IMG/VR virus record: IMGVR_UViG_3300025674_000365
Span: 1-24,780 of that record
Direction: 5' to 3' (one strand)
Length of the DNA: 24,780 nt
From: a virus
Lineage: Duplodnaviria; Caudoviricetes
This document shows, piece by piece, positions 16,994 through 24,780 of the stretch; position 1 is the stretch's first letter; each line of letters starts with the position of its first letter. The notes under the pieces are model-generated. The model searched no databases. It was not told where the DNA came from and was given only the letters and a program-made list of their open reading frames with translations. Made by a program: the position numbers and the translations under genes.

Positions 16994-17061
16994 TACAAAA
17001 TACTCCCTACATAGATTACAGCAAGAGACAAATATCCAATAATATATCCTAATATAACCAT
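16993..17061 (-). CDS. 22-aa single-transmembrane micropeptide (not in ORF track)
   Basis: MVILGYIIGYLSLAVIYVGSIL*; GGAG SD 8 nt upstream; TAATG stop/start coupling with the next gene; alternative in-frame ATG at 17082. Confidence 0.6.
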   Translation of the reverse strand: MVILGYIIGYLSLAVIYVGSIL

Positions 17062-17084
17062 TTTAATAACTCCAATTGACATTG

Positions 17085-17330
17085 CTACCTTACTATCCTT
17101 TCAAATAATTTATCTAGTTTTTCTTCAAGACGATCAAATCTATTTAATAACTTTTGGATATCCTTATCTACGTCTTCTTTAAGGGCATAGTATTTTGCTA
17201 TCTCTTCACGTGTTACATTGACAAGTTTTGTAATAGATTCAATACGAGTAGTAACCCCTCTTACCCACCAGATTATACCAGCAGCAGCAAGACTTAGCAA
17301 CATATTCCATAGCATAGCACCTTCAGGCAT
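17085..17330 (-). CDS. Small membrane protein with C-terminal coiled coil
   Basis: TM segment MLWNMLLSLAAAGIIWW; TREEIA..Y..K.D......RFDRLEEKLD; AAGGA SD. Confidence 0.78.
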   Translation of the reverse strand: MPEGAMLWNMLLSLAAAGIIWWVRGVTTRIESITKLVNVTREEIAKYYALKEDVDKDIQKLLNRFDRLEEKLDKLFERIVR

Positions 17331-17341
17331 TATCTTATTCC

Positions 17342-20300
17342 TTAATCAACAATGTAATCACGAGCATCTTGAAAATTTTCTTCAATTTTGTCTACTACTT
17401 CTTCTTTAATAGGTCGTACAAGAGGAAGGTTTCTCAGCAAAGGTATTAAATTAGCAATTTCTCTAGATATTTTTCTTGGTTCGCCATCAATAATATAGTC
17501 ATATGCACCTACACCTACACCTTCTAGGGTTGAAGCTGCTGGCCCTAGTAATGCAGTAGTAAAGCTTGATCCATATTTTTTTGCTCTTAAAGAATCAACA
17601 ACAAATCCTATAGGACCAAAGATATTTGTACGTAGGATTGCTTCAAATAATTGTTCATTTCCTTCTAGTTTTGAAAATGGACTTTCATCTGCATCTTCTC
17701 CATAACGTATCTGATCTTTAACACCCTGAATAAACATGGACATTCCCATAATTGCCGTTAATGCAGTAGCATACTTTAGTGCTTCAGCTAAAGGAATACG
17801 TTTAGCTTTTGCAAGTGGAACGACAACTTCTCTCCACATTCTTGTTCCTACAATATTACCAAAAGCAAACATAAAACCTTTTAACTGTGATGCTAAAGCA
17901 TAGTGAGGATCAGACATCCATAAAGGTCTGTTAATGGCATTAGGTGCCATAATAAACTCGTCTACAGTTTTAGACATGCTTTTCCGAATAATCTCAGGTT
18001 CAACTTCAGTTTGACCATTAGCCCAATTTTGAACTACTTCATTATTAGGTTCAACAATGCCTTGTTCAAGAAGACGTTTTTTAGCCTGATAATATCCCTT
18101 AGTTTTTTGACCTTTCATTGGCCCTTCAACTTTACGAATAGTTTTTAAATCGTCTTTCATTTGCATCTGAGTTGCTTGAAAGGCAATATCACGACTGATC
18201 TGAGTCATTGTAGTTAGTAGGGTTGCCCTAAAGAAAGCATTAGTAACCTTACGAGAAACAGTTACACCTGAAATGTCTCCAAACCGTTCTGCCAAAACAC
18301 CGTCTGCACCTTGAAGAATACTTGAAAAAGCTTTCTCCCACTTAGTCTTACTAATTTTTGGAAAGAACTTTCTTAATCCTGCTGAAAGGCTATTAAATAA
18401 TGCTTTGCTTGTACCAAATAAAGCATATTTAGGTGATATACGGGACAGAATAATTAAAGGTTCTGATAGAGAAGTAAGACCAGCTAGTGGCAGTGTTAAA
18501 ATATACTGACTAGTTAAAAACCATTTTTGAAAGCTTTTAAATCTATTGTCCTGTAAAGGTTTAAATTTATTTTGAGTTGCATCGTAAATATCACTAATAA
18601 GATTTAACTCAGTAGGAGAAATATCTTCAGAAGACATAGTAGAAAGTTCTTGGTTAATTCCGTCTGCTAGTTGTTTTCCTACTGTCCTTCTGCTTGCATC
18701 AAGAATGTATTTACTTAGAACACCTGCAATGTCAGTTTCTACAAGACCAGCTTCTTCTAAAGCTTCAACTTCTTCACGAGAAAGCCTACGATTTTTTTCA
18801 AAGCCTTCTTCTTTATTTGACATCTTCTTAGTTCTTGGACGATTAATCTCAACTTCACCTTCTTTAAAACTATATGCACCATCATTAGCTTCAATATTAT
18901 CTACAATTGAAGCAGCAGCTTGTTTTGTTCTGCCTTTACGCATTAGTACTTGCATCATTTTTTTACGTGCAAGTACTCCTGTTTTATAAATACGGGGAAA
19001 ATAATTTTCTTCAAAGTTAAGTTCAATACCAGCATCCGTTAGAAGTTTATAAAGACCTGTAATTTCAGGTTCAAATATTTTTCTTCCTGACAAAGATTTA
19101 AATTGATCTGACTTAATTGTGTCATTTTTAATTGCTGCTTCTTCATTTGGAGCAGCTTGTACACGTTGTTCATACGTCTGACGAATACCAGCTACCTCTT
19201 CTTGAAGAGTATTATATTGTTCTTGTGTAATTGAATTTGTTACTAAAGCATCTTGAGCAGAGTATAGTGGTTCTGCTTCAAAAATTGCTTTTTCAACTTC
19301 AGACTTACTTAATTTAACTGGACGTTGTACCTGTTTAGTAACAGGATCAATTGGAAGTTCTCCAAGAATATTTTTTATTGTTTGCGCTGCCGTATTAACT
19401 CTTGCGTCAGAATCTGCTACACCCGTATCAATTACCTTATAAACTTTTCTACTAATTGCTTTTGGAATTTCTCTTTGTAAAAGAGGAATGCGGAAACTTC
19501 TCTTCAAATCTTGAAGAGCAGGTTCAAGTTGTTCTAGGTATGTTCCGGTTAGCTGACTTACTGTATTTGGATAATTAATTAATAAATTAACTATTCTAGC
19601 TTGCGAATCTCCTCGCCTAGCCATATCGTACAATGGAGATACTGCAGTTCTAAATATGTTAGCAAATACACCACGATTTTCACGTAGTTTATTTTCTTTA
19701 CGAAGACCTGTTTCTACACCAAAAGTACTTGCAATTTCCGTCTCGTTATCTTCAACAACTTTAGAAAGTTTTTCTTTTGTTTGCTCAATATCTTCTGCTT
19801 GACGTTGCATATCAGCTTCAAGACCAGTAGCAACAATATCAGAAACTGTGCCAATAGCCTTACCGCCGACAAAGCCTAATGCGCCAGCATCAATAAGACG
19901 TTTATTATAAACAGCAGCCTCATAAGGCATAAGTCCTCTTCCTGCTGCTAAACCAGCCGCAGACATTTGTAAAGCTTCTTGACCTGCTTCAGTTACAGCT
20001 TCACCTATAGCAGCTTTTGTACCACCAACAGCAACTGTCTTAGCAAAAGACAACGCTTTATCTACTCCAGTTTTTGCTGTTTCTTCTCCTACTTCTTCTG
20101 CTAATTTTTTAACTACAGCTTCTTTACCAAATTGTTTTACAAGATTATTAATAAGTAGTCCAGCACCTACTCTGTCTAGAAAACCAATACCTGCACCAGC
20201 AGCTATAGAAACTTTATCAGCAGTGTCAGGATCAGCACCAATAGAAATAGCTTCTTCTCTAGTTTGACCTACACCAGCAGCACCTCCTGCAATAAATGGA

Positions 20301-20836
20301 AGAAGAATACCTAGTCCAGTACCTACTGCAGCTACGCCTGTAACAGGACCTGCTAATGCTCCAACAATACCTGCTGCTACAGGTACACCAGCAGAACCGG
20401 CAGCGTCTGCAAGCATGTCCTTTAGAAGAATAGCACCACGTTCAATAGCAGCACCTAAACCTTCATCGTCATATTTCTTTGAAATTTCAGACAAGCCTTC
20501 AGTAAGTGAAGAAGTTCTTGTTGGTTTTCCATAAGTTTTAATATCGTACTCTTGTTGTTCAGCGTTTTCTTTTGCCCATTCTTCTAAATTAGTACTGCCT
20601 AATTGACGACCAATAGTACCAATACCTTCAAAGAATGATTTTTGAAATTCATTAATTGAACGTCCAGCACGATTTAAAAAAGCATCTGGGTCTTCTACAG
20701 TAACAGGAGATACTACTGCACCTTCTGGTAACAGAATATCAGAATAATCTGCAGGAAGCGTAGTACTACCAGCTACAACACCTGCTGGTGCTGTAGGTTC
20801 TTCTGGTAATAAAATATCAGAGTAATTAGTTGCCAT
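17342..20836 (-). CDS. Large internal virion / DNA ejection protein (putative)
   Basis: 1164 aa; Gly/Ala-rich hydrophobic stretches (aa ~145-240), EAVTEAGQE, NYFPR, QLKGFMFAF; size and position typical of podoviral ejection proteins. Confidence 0.75.
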   Translation of the reverse strand: MATNYSDILLPEEPTAPAGVVAGSTTLPADYSDILLPEGAVVSPVTVEDPDAFLNRAGRSINEFQKSFFEGIGTIGRQLGSTNLEEWAKENAEQQEYDIKTYGKPTRTSSLTEGLSEISKKYDDEGLGAAIERGAILLKDMLADAAGSAGVPVAAGIVGALAGPVTGVAAVGTGLGILLPFIAGGAAGVGQTREEAISIGADPDTADKVSIAAGAGIGFLDRVGAGLLINNLVKQFGKEAVVKKLAEEVGEETAKTGVDKALSFAKTVAVGGTKAAIGEAVTEAGQEALQMSAAGLAAGRGLMPYEAAVYNKRLIDAGALGFVGGKAIGTVSDIVATGLEADMQRQAEDIEQTKEKLSKVVEDNETEIASTFGVETGLRKENKLRENRGVFANIFRTAVSPLYDMARRGDSQARIVNLLINYPNTVSQLTGTYLEQLEPALQDLKRSFRIPLLQREIPKAISRKVYKVIDTGVADSDARVNTAAQTIKNILGELPIDPVTKQVQRPVKLSKSEVEKAIFEAEPLYSAQDALVTNSITQEQYNTLQEEVAGIRQTYEQRVQAAPNEEAAIKNDTIKSDQFKSLSGRKIFEPEITGLYKLLTDAGIELNFEENYFPRIYKTGVLARKKMMQVLMRKGRTKQAAASIVDNIEANDGAYSFKEGEVEINRPRTKKMSNKEEGFEKNRRLSREEVEALEEAGLVETDIAGVLSKYILDASRRTVGKQLADGINQELSTMSSEDISPTELNLISDIYDATQNKFKPLQDNRFKSFQKWFLTSQYILTLPLAGLTSLSEPLIILSRISPKYALFGTSKALFNSLSAGLRKFFPKISKTKWEKAFSSILQGADGVLAERFGDISGVTVSRKVTNAFFRATLLTTMTQISRDIAFQATQMQMKDDLKTIRKVEGPMKGQKTKGYYQAKKRLLEQGIVEPNNEVVQNWANGQTEVEPEIIRKSMSKTVDEFIMAPNAINRPLWMSDPHYALASQLKGFMFAFGNIVGTRMWREVVVPLAKAKRIPLAEALKYATALTAIMGMSMFIQGVKDQIRYGEDADESPFSKLEGNEQLFEAILRTNIFGPIGFVVDSLRAKKYGSSFTTALLGPAASTLEGVGVGAYDYIIDGEPRKISREIANLIPLLRNLPLVRPIKEEVVDKIEENFQDARDYIVD
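20723..20827 (-). repeat. Duplicated N-terminal peptide (N/D)YSDILLPE
   Basis: aa 4-12 and aa 30-38 of the 1164-aa protein. Confidence 0.85.
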
Positions 20837-23390
20837 TAATTTTTCTTAGATAAGGACCATATACATGGGCAAATGCTTCCCTTAAAATTTGTCTTTCAGT
20901 TAAAGAAGGCTTTAATGCCCGTATTTCAGCCATTTTTATTCTTAAACCTTCTTTTAAATTATCATCATTATCTAAGTTTAACTTATCAAATTTTTTAATT
21001 ATTTCTTCAGGAAGAATAGTTTTTAAATTATCTTCTTTAACTATATCTTTAAACTGCTTTGTCCATTCTTTTTGTGCATCTTTTCCAAGAGGTTTACGTG
21101 CAGTTTGAAGCATCTTTAGTTGTTCAAAAGCAGCGGTTGCTTGAGATTGAGCAACTTTTCGTTCAGCCTCTGTTCTAGCAACTGCAATTCTTTCTCTAGC
21201 AATTGCTACATTATCTTCTGCTTGTTTAACTTTAAAGTCATAGTCACGTTCACGATAAAACTCAGCAGCCTGATCCTTGTCTATTTTATATACATTCATT
21301 AAAGTTTCAATATCTACTGTTGCTAGATTTTCTGCAATATCTCTTTTTTCTTTGTTTAATTTAGCTAGAGAACCAATGATTCCTGATTCTTTGGCACCTT
21401 TACCAATAGCTTCAAGGAATGTTTGACCACCCGGTTGAGACATAATGTTAAGACCTAGATTAGCTATAGCCAGCCAACGATCAGAATCAAGTCCTTGTTC
21501 ACGCTGTTTAAGAAGGTCTTTCTTCTTTGAGGAAAGATTCATAAATTCTTCCCGCATCTTATCGTATGTCTGAATTTTATAAGGGTTATTAGTAGTTTCT
21601 TTTGCACTGATTAGAGTATTTGCTACTTCTGCTTTTTGTGCATTAGCCTTAATTGGAGAAACAGGAGTACCTTTGCCTAAATCATAAGCCTCATTCCTGT
21701 CTACTTCATCCATAATATTTTTGCCTAAATCAGCTAACGGATCAGAAGTTTTAGAAGGAGAGGCGTTGGAAGTATCAAATCTCATTTCAGCAGGAGTAGG
21801 TGAACGTACGGCACCACCCTCGTCAATATCCTGCTTGTCTCCTTCCAGTGCTGGTGAAGTTTGATTACGCAGCATCCTAAGTTCTGCTTCAATATCTTTT
21901 CGCTGTTGTTCCAAAGCAGGTTTATCTTTTGTTTGTGTAAATAATTCAGAAAATAAACCGGGACGTTGCATTTCTAATTGAGAAATACGTTTTCTACGTT
22001 CTTCATCTAAACTTCTACGTTCTTCATCTAAACGCATTTTTTCTCTTTGTTCAATACCTGAAGCTTCTAGTATAGCTTCTTTCTCAGCAATACGTTCTTT
22101 TAAATTCTTTTTATATTCTTCTACATTTTCTGGAGAATAAGGATAATCTTTTAAACGAGGATTATAACCACCATAACGTCTTCCTCCAAATTTTTGTCCA
22201 CCAAATTTTTGTCCACCAAACTGCATACCACCAATTTGACTACCAGCTTGACGTTTAACAACAATAGAACCTAGACCATTCTTTCTATCTACTTTACCAC
22301 CTTTGGCACTGCCAAAAGCTTTAGAAAGTCCTATAGCAGCGGTGCCAAGACCAGCAGCTTGCTGTAGAAAGCTAGGTGCAGGAGTTGTTGTCTGAGTTGT
22401 CGTAAAAGTAGTAGGTGCAAGAGGAAAACCACGAATAACTGACTGATACTGTTGTAGTGTCCGTTCAGGAAATAGTTGTTCTTGTTCAAACTGTGAACGA
22501 GCAATGTCCAATGCCTGTTGCCGTTGTGCTTGACGTTGTGCACCAATTGCTTCAAGTGCAGTAAGTTCTCTAATCTGCTGCTGTGGAGCAATTTGACCTA
22601 GTGTTGCAAACTGTCCTGAAGCAGCTAGTTCACGCTGACGCTGTTCAGCAATACGACGCTGTGCATCTTCATAAGCTGATGCTAGTCCACGTGCTTGAAT
22701 ATCTCCTAGTTGCTGTTGTAGATTACGCTGTTGTTCAGCTTCAAGAATGGCCTGACGAGAACCACCAAAGCCACCAGCACCAACTGCTTGTGCACCTAGC
22801 TGCTGTTCTGCTACGTCTGCCTGACGCTTTGCCTCACGCTGCTGAATATCAACAACCTGCTGCATGTAAGGAGACATAAACTGTTCAATCTCTTCTTGAC
22901 GTGGTGAAGAAGCAGATGCTGCAGCTAGACGTGTAGCAGGATCAAAAAACTGTTGACCTGCTCCTACCACGCCTTCAATGCCAGTAAAAGCTTTTTCCTG
23001 TTCAGGTGTAAATTCTGCAATCTGTGGACCTTCAAAAGGAATAAAACCTTCAGCTTCACGCTTCTCCTGAATAGCCTGTGCTTTACTTAGTACATCTGAA
23101 ATAAAAGGTTTTAGTTCTGTAGGAAACTCAGTCTGCTGTGTAACTGTTTGTTGTGCAGGTGGGGGTGGAGGGGGAGAACCGCCACCACCAAACTGAATAA
23201 GACCAGTATTAGGATTGATTGTACCAGAACCACCCATTGCACGAAGAACATCCATCTCTGCCTTGTTGACATGAGCAAGTTCTGTATCACCATCAATACC
23301 TTTATTTGCTAGGTCTTCATACAAAGCATTATACAGGCAAATCTTTTCCTGAACTGAAAGTTCTGCAATAATATGTTTAGTCTCAATCAT
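20826..23390 (-). CDS. Internal virion / DNA pilot-like protein, Gln-rich and coiled-coil
   Basis: GDTELAHVN...TINPNTGL N-domain, GGGGSPPPPPP, FMSPYMQQV, AGGFGGSRQAI.EAE and long helical regions; ATG 23390 chosen (track start 23414). Confidence 0.75.
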   Translation of the reverse strand: MIETKHIIAELSVQEKICLYNALYEDLANKGIDGDTELAHVNKAEMDVLRAMGGSGTINPNTGLIQFGGGGSPPPPPPAQQTVTQQTEFPTELKPFISDVLSKAQAIQEKREAEGFIPFEGPQIAEFTPEQEKAFTGIEGVVGAGQQFFDPATRLAAASASSPRQEEIEQFMSPYMQQVVDIQQREAKRQADVAEQQLGAQAVGAGGFGGSRQAILEAEQQRNLQQQLGDIQARGLASAYEDAQRRIAEQRQRELAASGQFATLGQIAPQQQIRELTALEAIGAQRQAQRQQALDIARSQFEQEQLFPERTLQQYQSVIRGFPLAPTTFTTTQTTTPAPSFLQQAAGLGTAAIGLSKAFGSAKGGKVDRKNGLGSIVVKRQAGSQIGGMQFGGQKFGGQKFGGRRYGGYNPRLKDYPYSPENVEEYKKNLKERIAEKEAILEASGIEQREKMRLDEERRSLDEERRKRISQLEMQRPGLFSELFTQTKDKPALEQQRKDIEAELRMLRNQTSPALEGDKQDIDEGGAVRSPTPAEMRFDTSNASPSKTSDPLADLGKNIMDEVDRNEAYDLGKGTPVSPIKANAQKAEVANTLISAKETTNNPYKIQTYDKMREEFMNLSSKKKDLLKQREQGLDSDRWLAIANLGLNIMSQPGGQTFLEAIGKGAKESGIIGSLAKLNKEKRDIAENLATVDIETLMNVYKIDKDQAAEFYRERDYDFKVKQAEDNVAIARERIAVARTEAERKVAQSQATAAFEQLKMLQTARKPLGKDAQKEWTKQFKDIVKEDNLKTILPEEIIKKFDKLNLDNDDNLKEGLRIKMAEIRALKPSLTERQILREAFAHVYGPYLRKINGN
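21992..22033. repeat. Perfect 21-nt tandem duplication (LDEERR x2)
   Basis: TTCTACGTTCTTCATCTAAAC at 21992-22012 and 22013-22033. Confidence 0.9.
22186..22220. repeat. 15-nt tandem repeat encoding FGGQK units
   Basis: CCAAATTTTTGTCCA x2 plus a partial copy, within the degenerate run SQIGG-MQFGG-QKFGG-QKFGG-RRYGG. Confidence 0.9.
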
Positions 23391-23823
23391 AGTATTCAAC
23401 ATCCTTTGTAACAACAGTGTTGTATTTTTTAAACCCTATTTTTTCTATCATTTTAAGCCAACCATCTCTGGCATAGCCTTCTATTCGTTTACAATTATTT
23501 TCTCTTGCATATTGTAAAAGAGGAGAATATTTTTCCCAAGATTTTAAAAACCATTTATTTATTGTATGTGGTTTAGCCCCTATTAGAGATAATAATAAAA
23601 CTTTATATTGAGGATAATGTATTATCTGTGTTATCATAATACCAATTATACCATCTTCTTTATCTACAGCTACCCACAATGTTAGTTGTTCATGTATTAA
23701 ACTGTAGTATATATCTTCTACGTTTCTTTCACCTAATGTTCTATCAATTGGTTTTTGAACTAAATCTTTTACATACGGCCAAGTTACTTCTATAGCATTA
23801 CTATTTATTTTTATTAACTTCAT
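23383..23823 (-). CDS. GNAT-like acyltransferase (virion-assembly associated, putative)
   Basis: W..V...E...D....L.....LWV......G..IT.I..YP..K.L.....G.....W...YA.EN.C..IE..AR.GW.K....GF; lies between ejection-type genes; AT-rich. Confidence 0.65.
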   Translation of the reverse strand: MKLIKINSNAIEVTWPYVKDLVQKPIDRTLGERNVEDIYYSLIHEQLTLWVAVDKEDGIIGIMITQIIHYPQYKVLLLSLIGAKPHTINKWFLKSWEKYSPLLQYARENNCKRIEGYARDGWLKMIEKIGFKKYNTVVTKDVEYYD

Positions 23824-24780
23824 TAAGATACTAGTGTTTGTAGACCCTTCTCCGCATTCATTTGCTTTTGCTGCTTACGAGTACCAAAAGACATTTCACG
23901 AACATCTTCAACAAAATCGTCAAGTTTATCTGCTCCTGCATTGGAAGAACCATTACCAATCATGGCAACGACATCAGCAGGAAGAACATATTCGTCACGG
24001 CTTAGTAGTGCCATATCAGGATTATCTCCTTCAACGTCAAACAGAACTTCGTCTGACATTCCGTCTCCATTTTCAACTTCTACCTGACCTTCAAAATATT
24101 TTGATTGTCCCCCTTCTGAAAGACGAATTAATCCTCCCTGATTAAATCCTGCACCAAGATTTACTTGTGAACCATAGTTAGTTGGTGGTACATAAGGGTT
24201 TTGTGGAGTAACTCCCTGTAATGCTTTATCTTGTTGTAAAGCTTGTTGTGCCATAGCACCTAGTGAAGAAACTTGTTGTAATGCTAATGCAGTACTCTTT
24301 CTGCTTCGTTCTCCTTCAACTTCCATGTAAGCTTGACGATACTGTTGCATAGGGTCAAAAGGTTGAACTGCCTCTGGTGTGGGCGTAGGCATTTGCTGCT
24401 GTGGCTGTGGTTGAGAAACAGGCTGTACTATTACTGGTTGCTGTGCTACAGGCGGCTGTATCATTGCTGCCATTGCTGAAGTAGGTTGTTGCTGCTGTTG
24501 TGGAATTTGCATCTGAGGTTGTGCCATAGGCATACCCCCTTGCTGTAGACCAACTAAACCACCTTCAGCGACATAACGAGGAAGTGTAAAATAATTTGTA
24601 CGTCCGCCTTTTAAAGCTATTCTCGTTAATTCTTCTTCTGTATCCGCAGGGCGTGGAACTTTTTCACGTTCTAAAGTATATTTATCAAAACCTGTATCTG
24701 GCGCAGGTCTAGCAGCAGGTATTGTTGGAGCATTAGCAGGTTCTGCTACAGTCGTAGCTGCAATACCTAATGGAAGATAT
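23823..24780 (-). CDS. Internal virion protein, 5'-truncated by the window edge
   Basis: Frame is open from 24779 through the track ATG at 24533 (...ALKGGRTNYFTLPRYVAEGGLVGLQQGGMPMAQ...); Q/P-rich linker; C-terminal GDGMSDEV...LSRDEYV.PADVV..IGNGSS.AGA domain. Confidence 0.8.
   Translation of the reverse strand, partial: YLPLGIAATTVAEPANAPTIPAARPAPDTGFDKYTLEREKVPRPADTEEELTRIALKGGRTNYFTLPRYVAEGGLVGLQQGGMPMAQPQMQIPQQQQQPTSAMAAMIQPPVAQQPVIVQPVSQPQPQQQMPTPTPEAVQPFDPMQQYRQAYMEVEGERSRKSTALALQQVSSLGAMAQQALQQDKALQGVTPQNPYVPPTNYGSQVNLGAGFNQGGLIRLSEGGQSKYFEGQVEVENGDGMSDEVLFDVEGDNPDMALLSRDEYVLPADVVAMIGNGSSNAGADKLDDFVEDVREMSFGTRKQQKQMNAEKGLQTLVS

Noticed and set aside
17076-17240. TTGACA hexamers at 17076 and 17218 as antisense promoters
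   Set aside because: No acceptable -10 element at 16-18 nt spacing.
1-24780. T7-type phage RNAP promoter repeats, tRNA genes, integrase/att sites, alternative genetic code
   Set aside because: None seen by eye; genes are full length under the standard code and use all three stop codons.

Overview
A 24.8-kb segment of a T7-supergroup-like (podovirus-type) tailed phage genome with two converging arms. The + arm (14-15797) carries a gp4-like primase-helicase, a compact family A DNA polymerase (Tyr762 type), a gp2.5-like SSB, a small HTH protein, a Cas4-like exonuclease, a gp3-like endonuclease I, a DUF3310-like protein and class I RNR alpha/beta split by three AT-rich ORFs. It continues with an HNH protein, an auxiliary block (2OG-Fe(II) oxygenase, Hsp20, a glycosyltransferase, and a glycosyltransferase/SAM-methyltransferase/DUF115(Maf-like) fusion), a 3-TM holin and a small terminase. 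The - arm (15810 to beyond 24780) encodes small membrane proteins, a beta-rich structural protein, large internal-virion/ejection-type proteins and a GNAT-like protein. Two near-consensus sigma70 promoters are visible, and no phage RNA polymerase promoter repeats were seen. The most notable items are: (i) a putative hydroxylate-glycosylate-methylate modification module, (ii) a textbook ROSE-like RNA thermometer in front of the phage hsp20, (iii) signs of processing signals in the ejection proteins (pro-domain followed by a GGGGS-polyproline segment, recurring GG motifs, adjacent GNAT), and (iv) an unannotated 22-aa transmembrane micropeptide. All family assignments are from motif recognition by eye; no searches were run.
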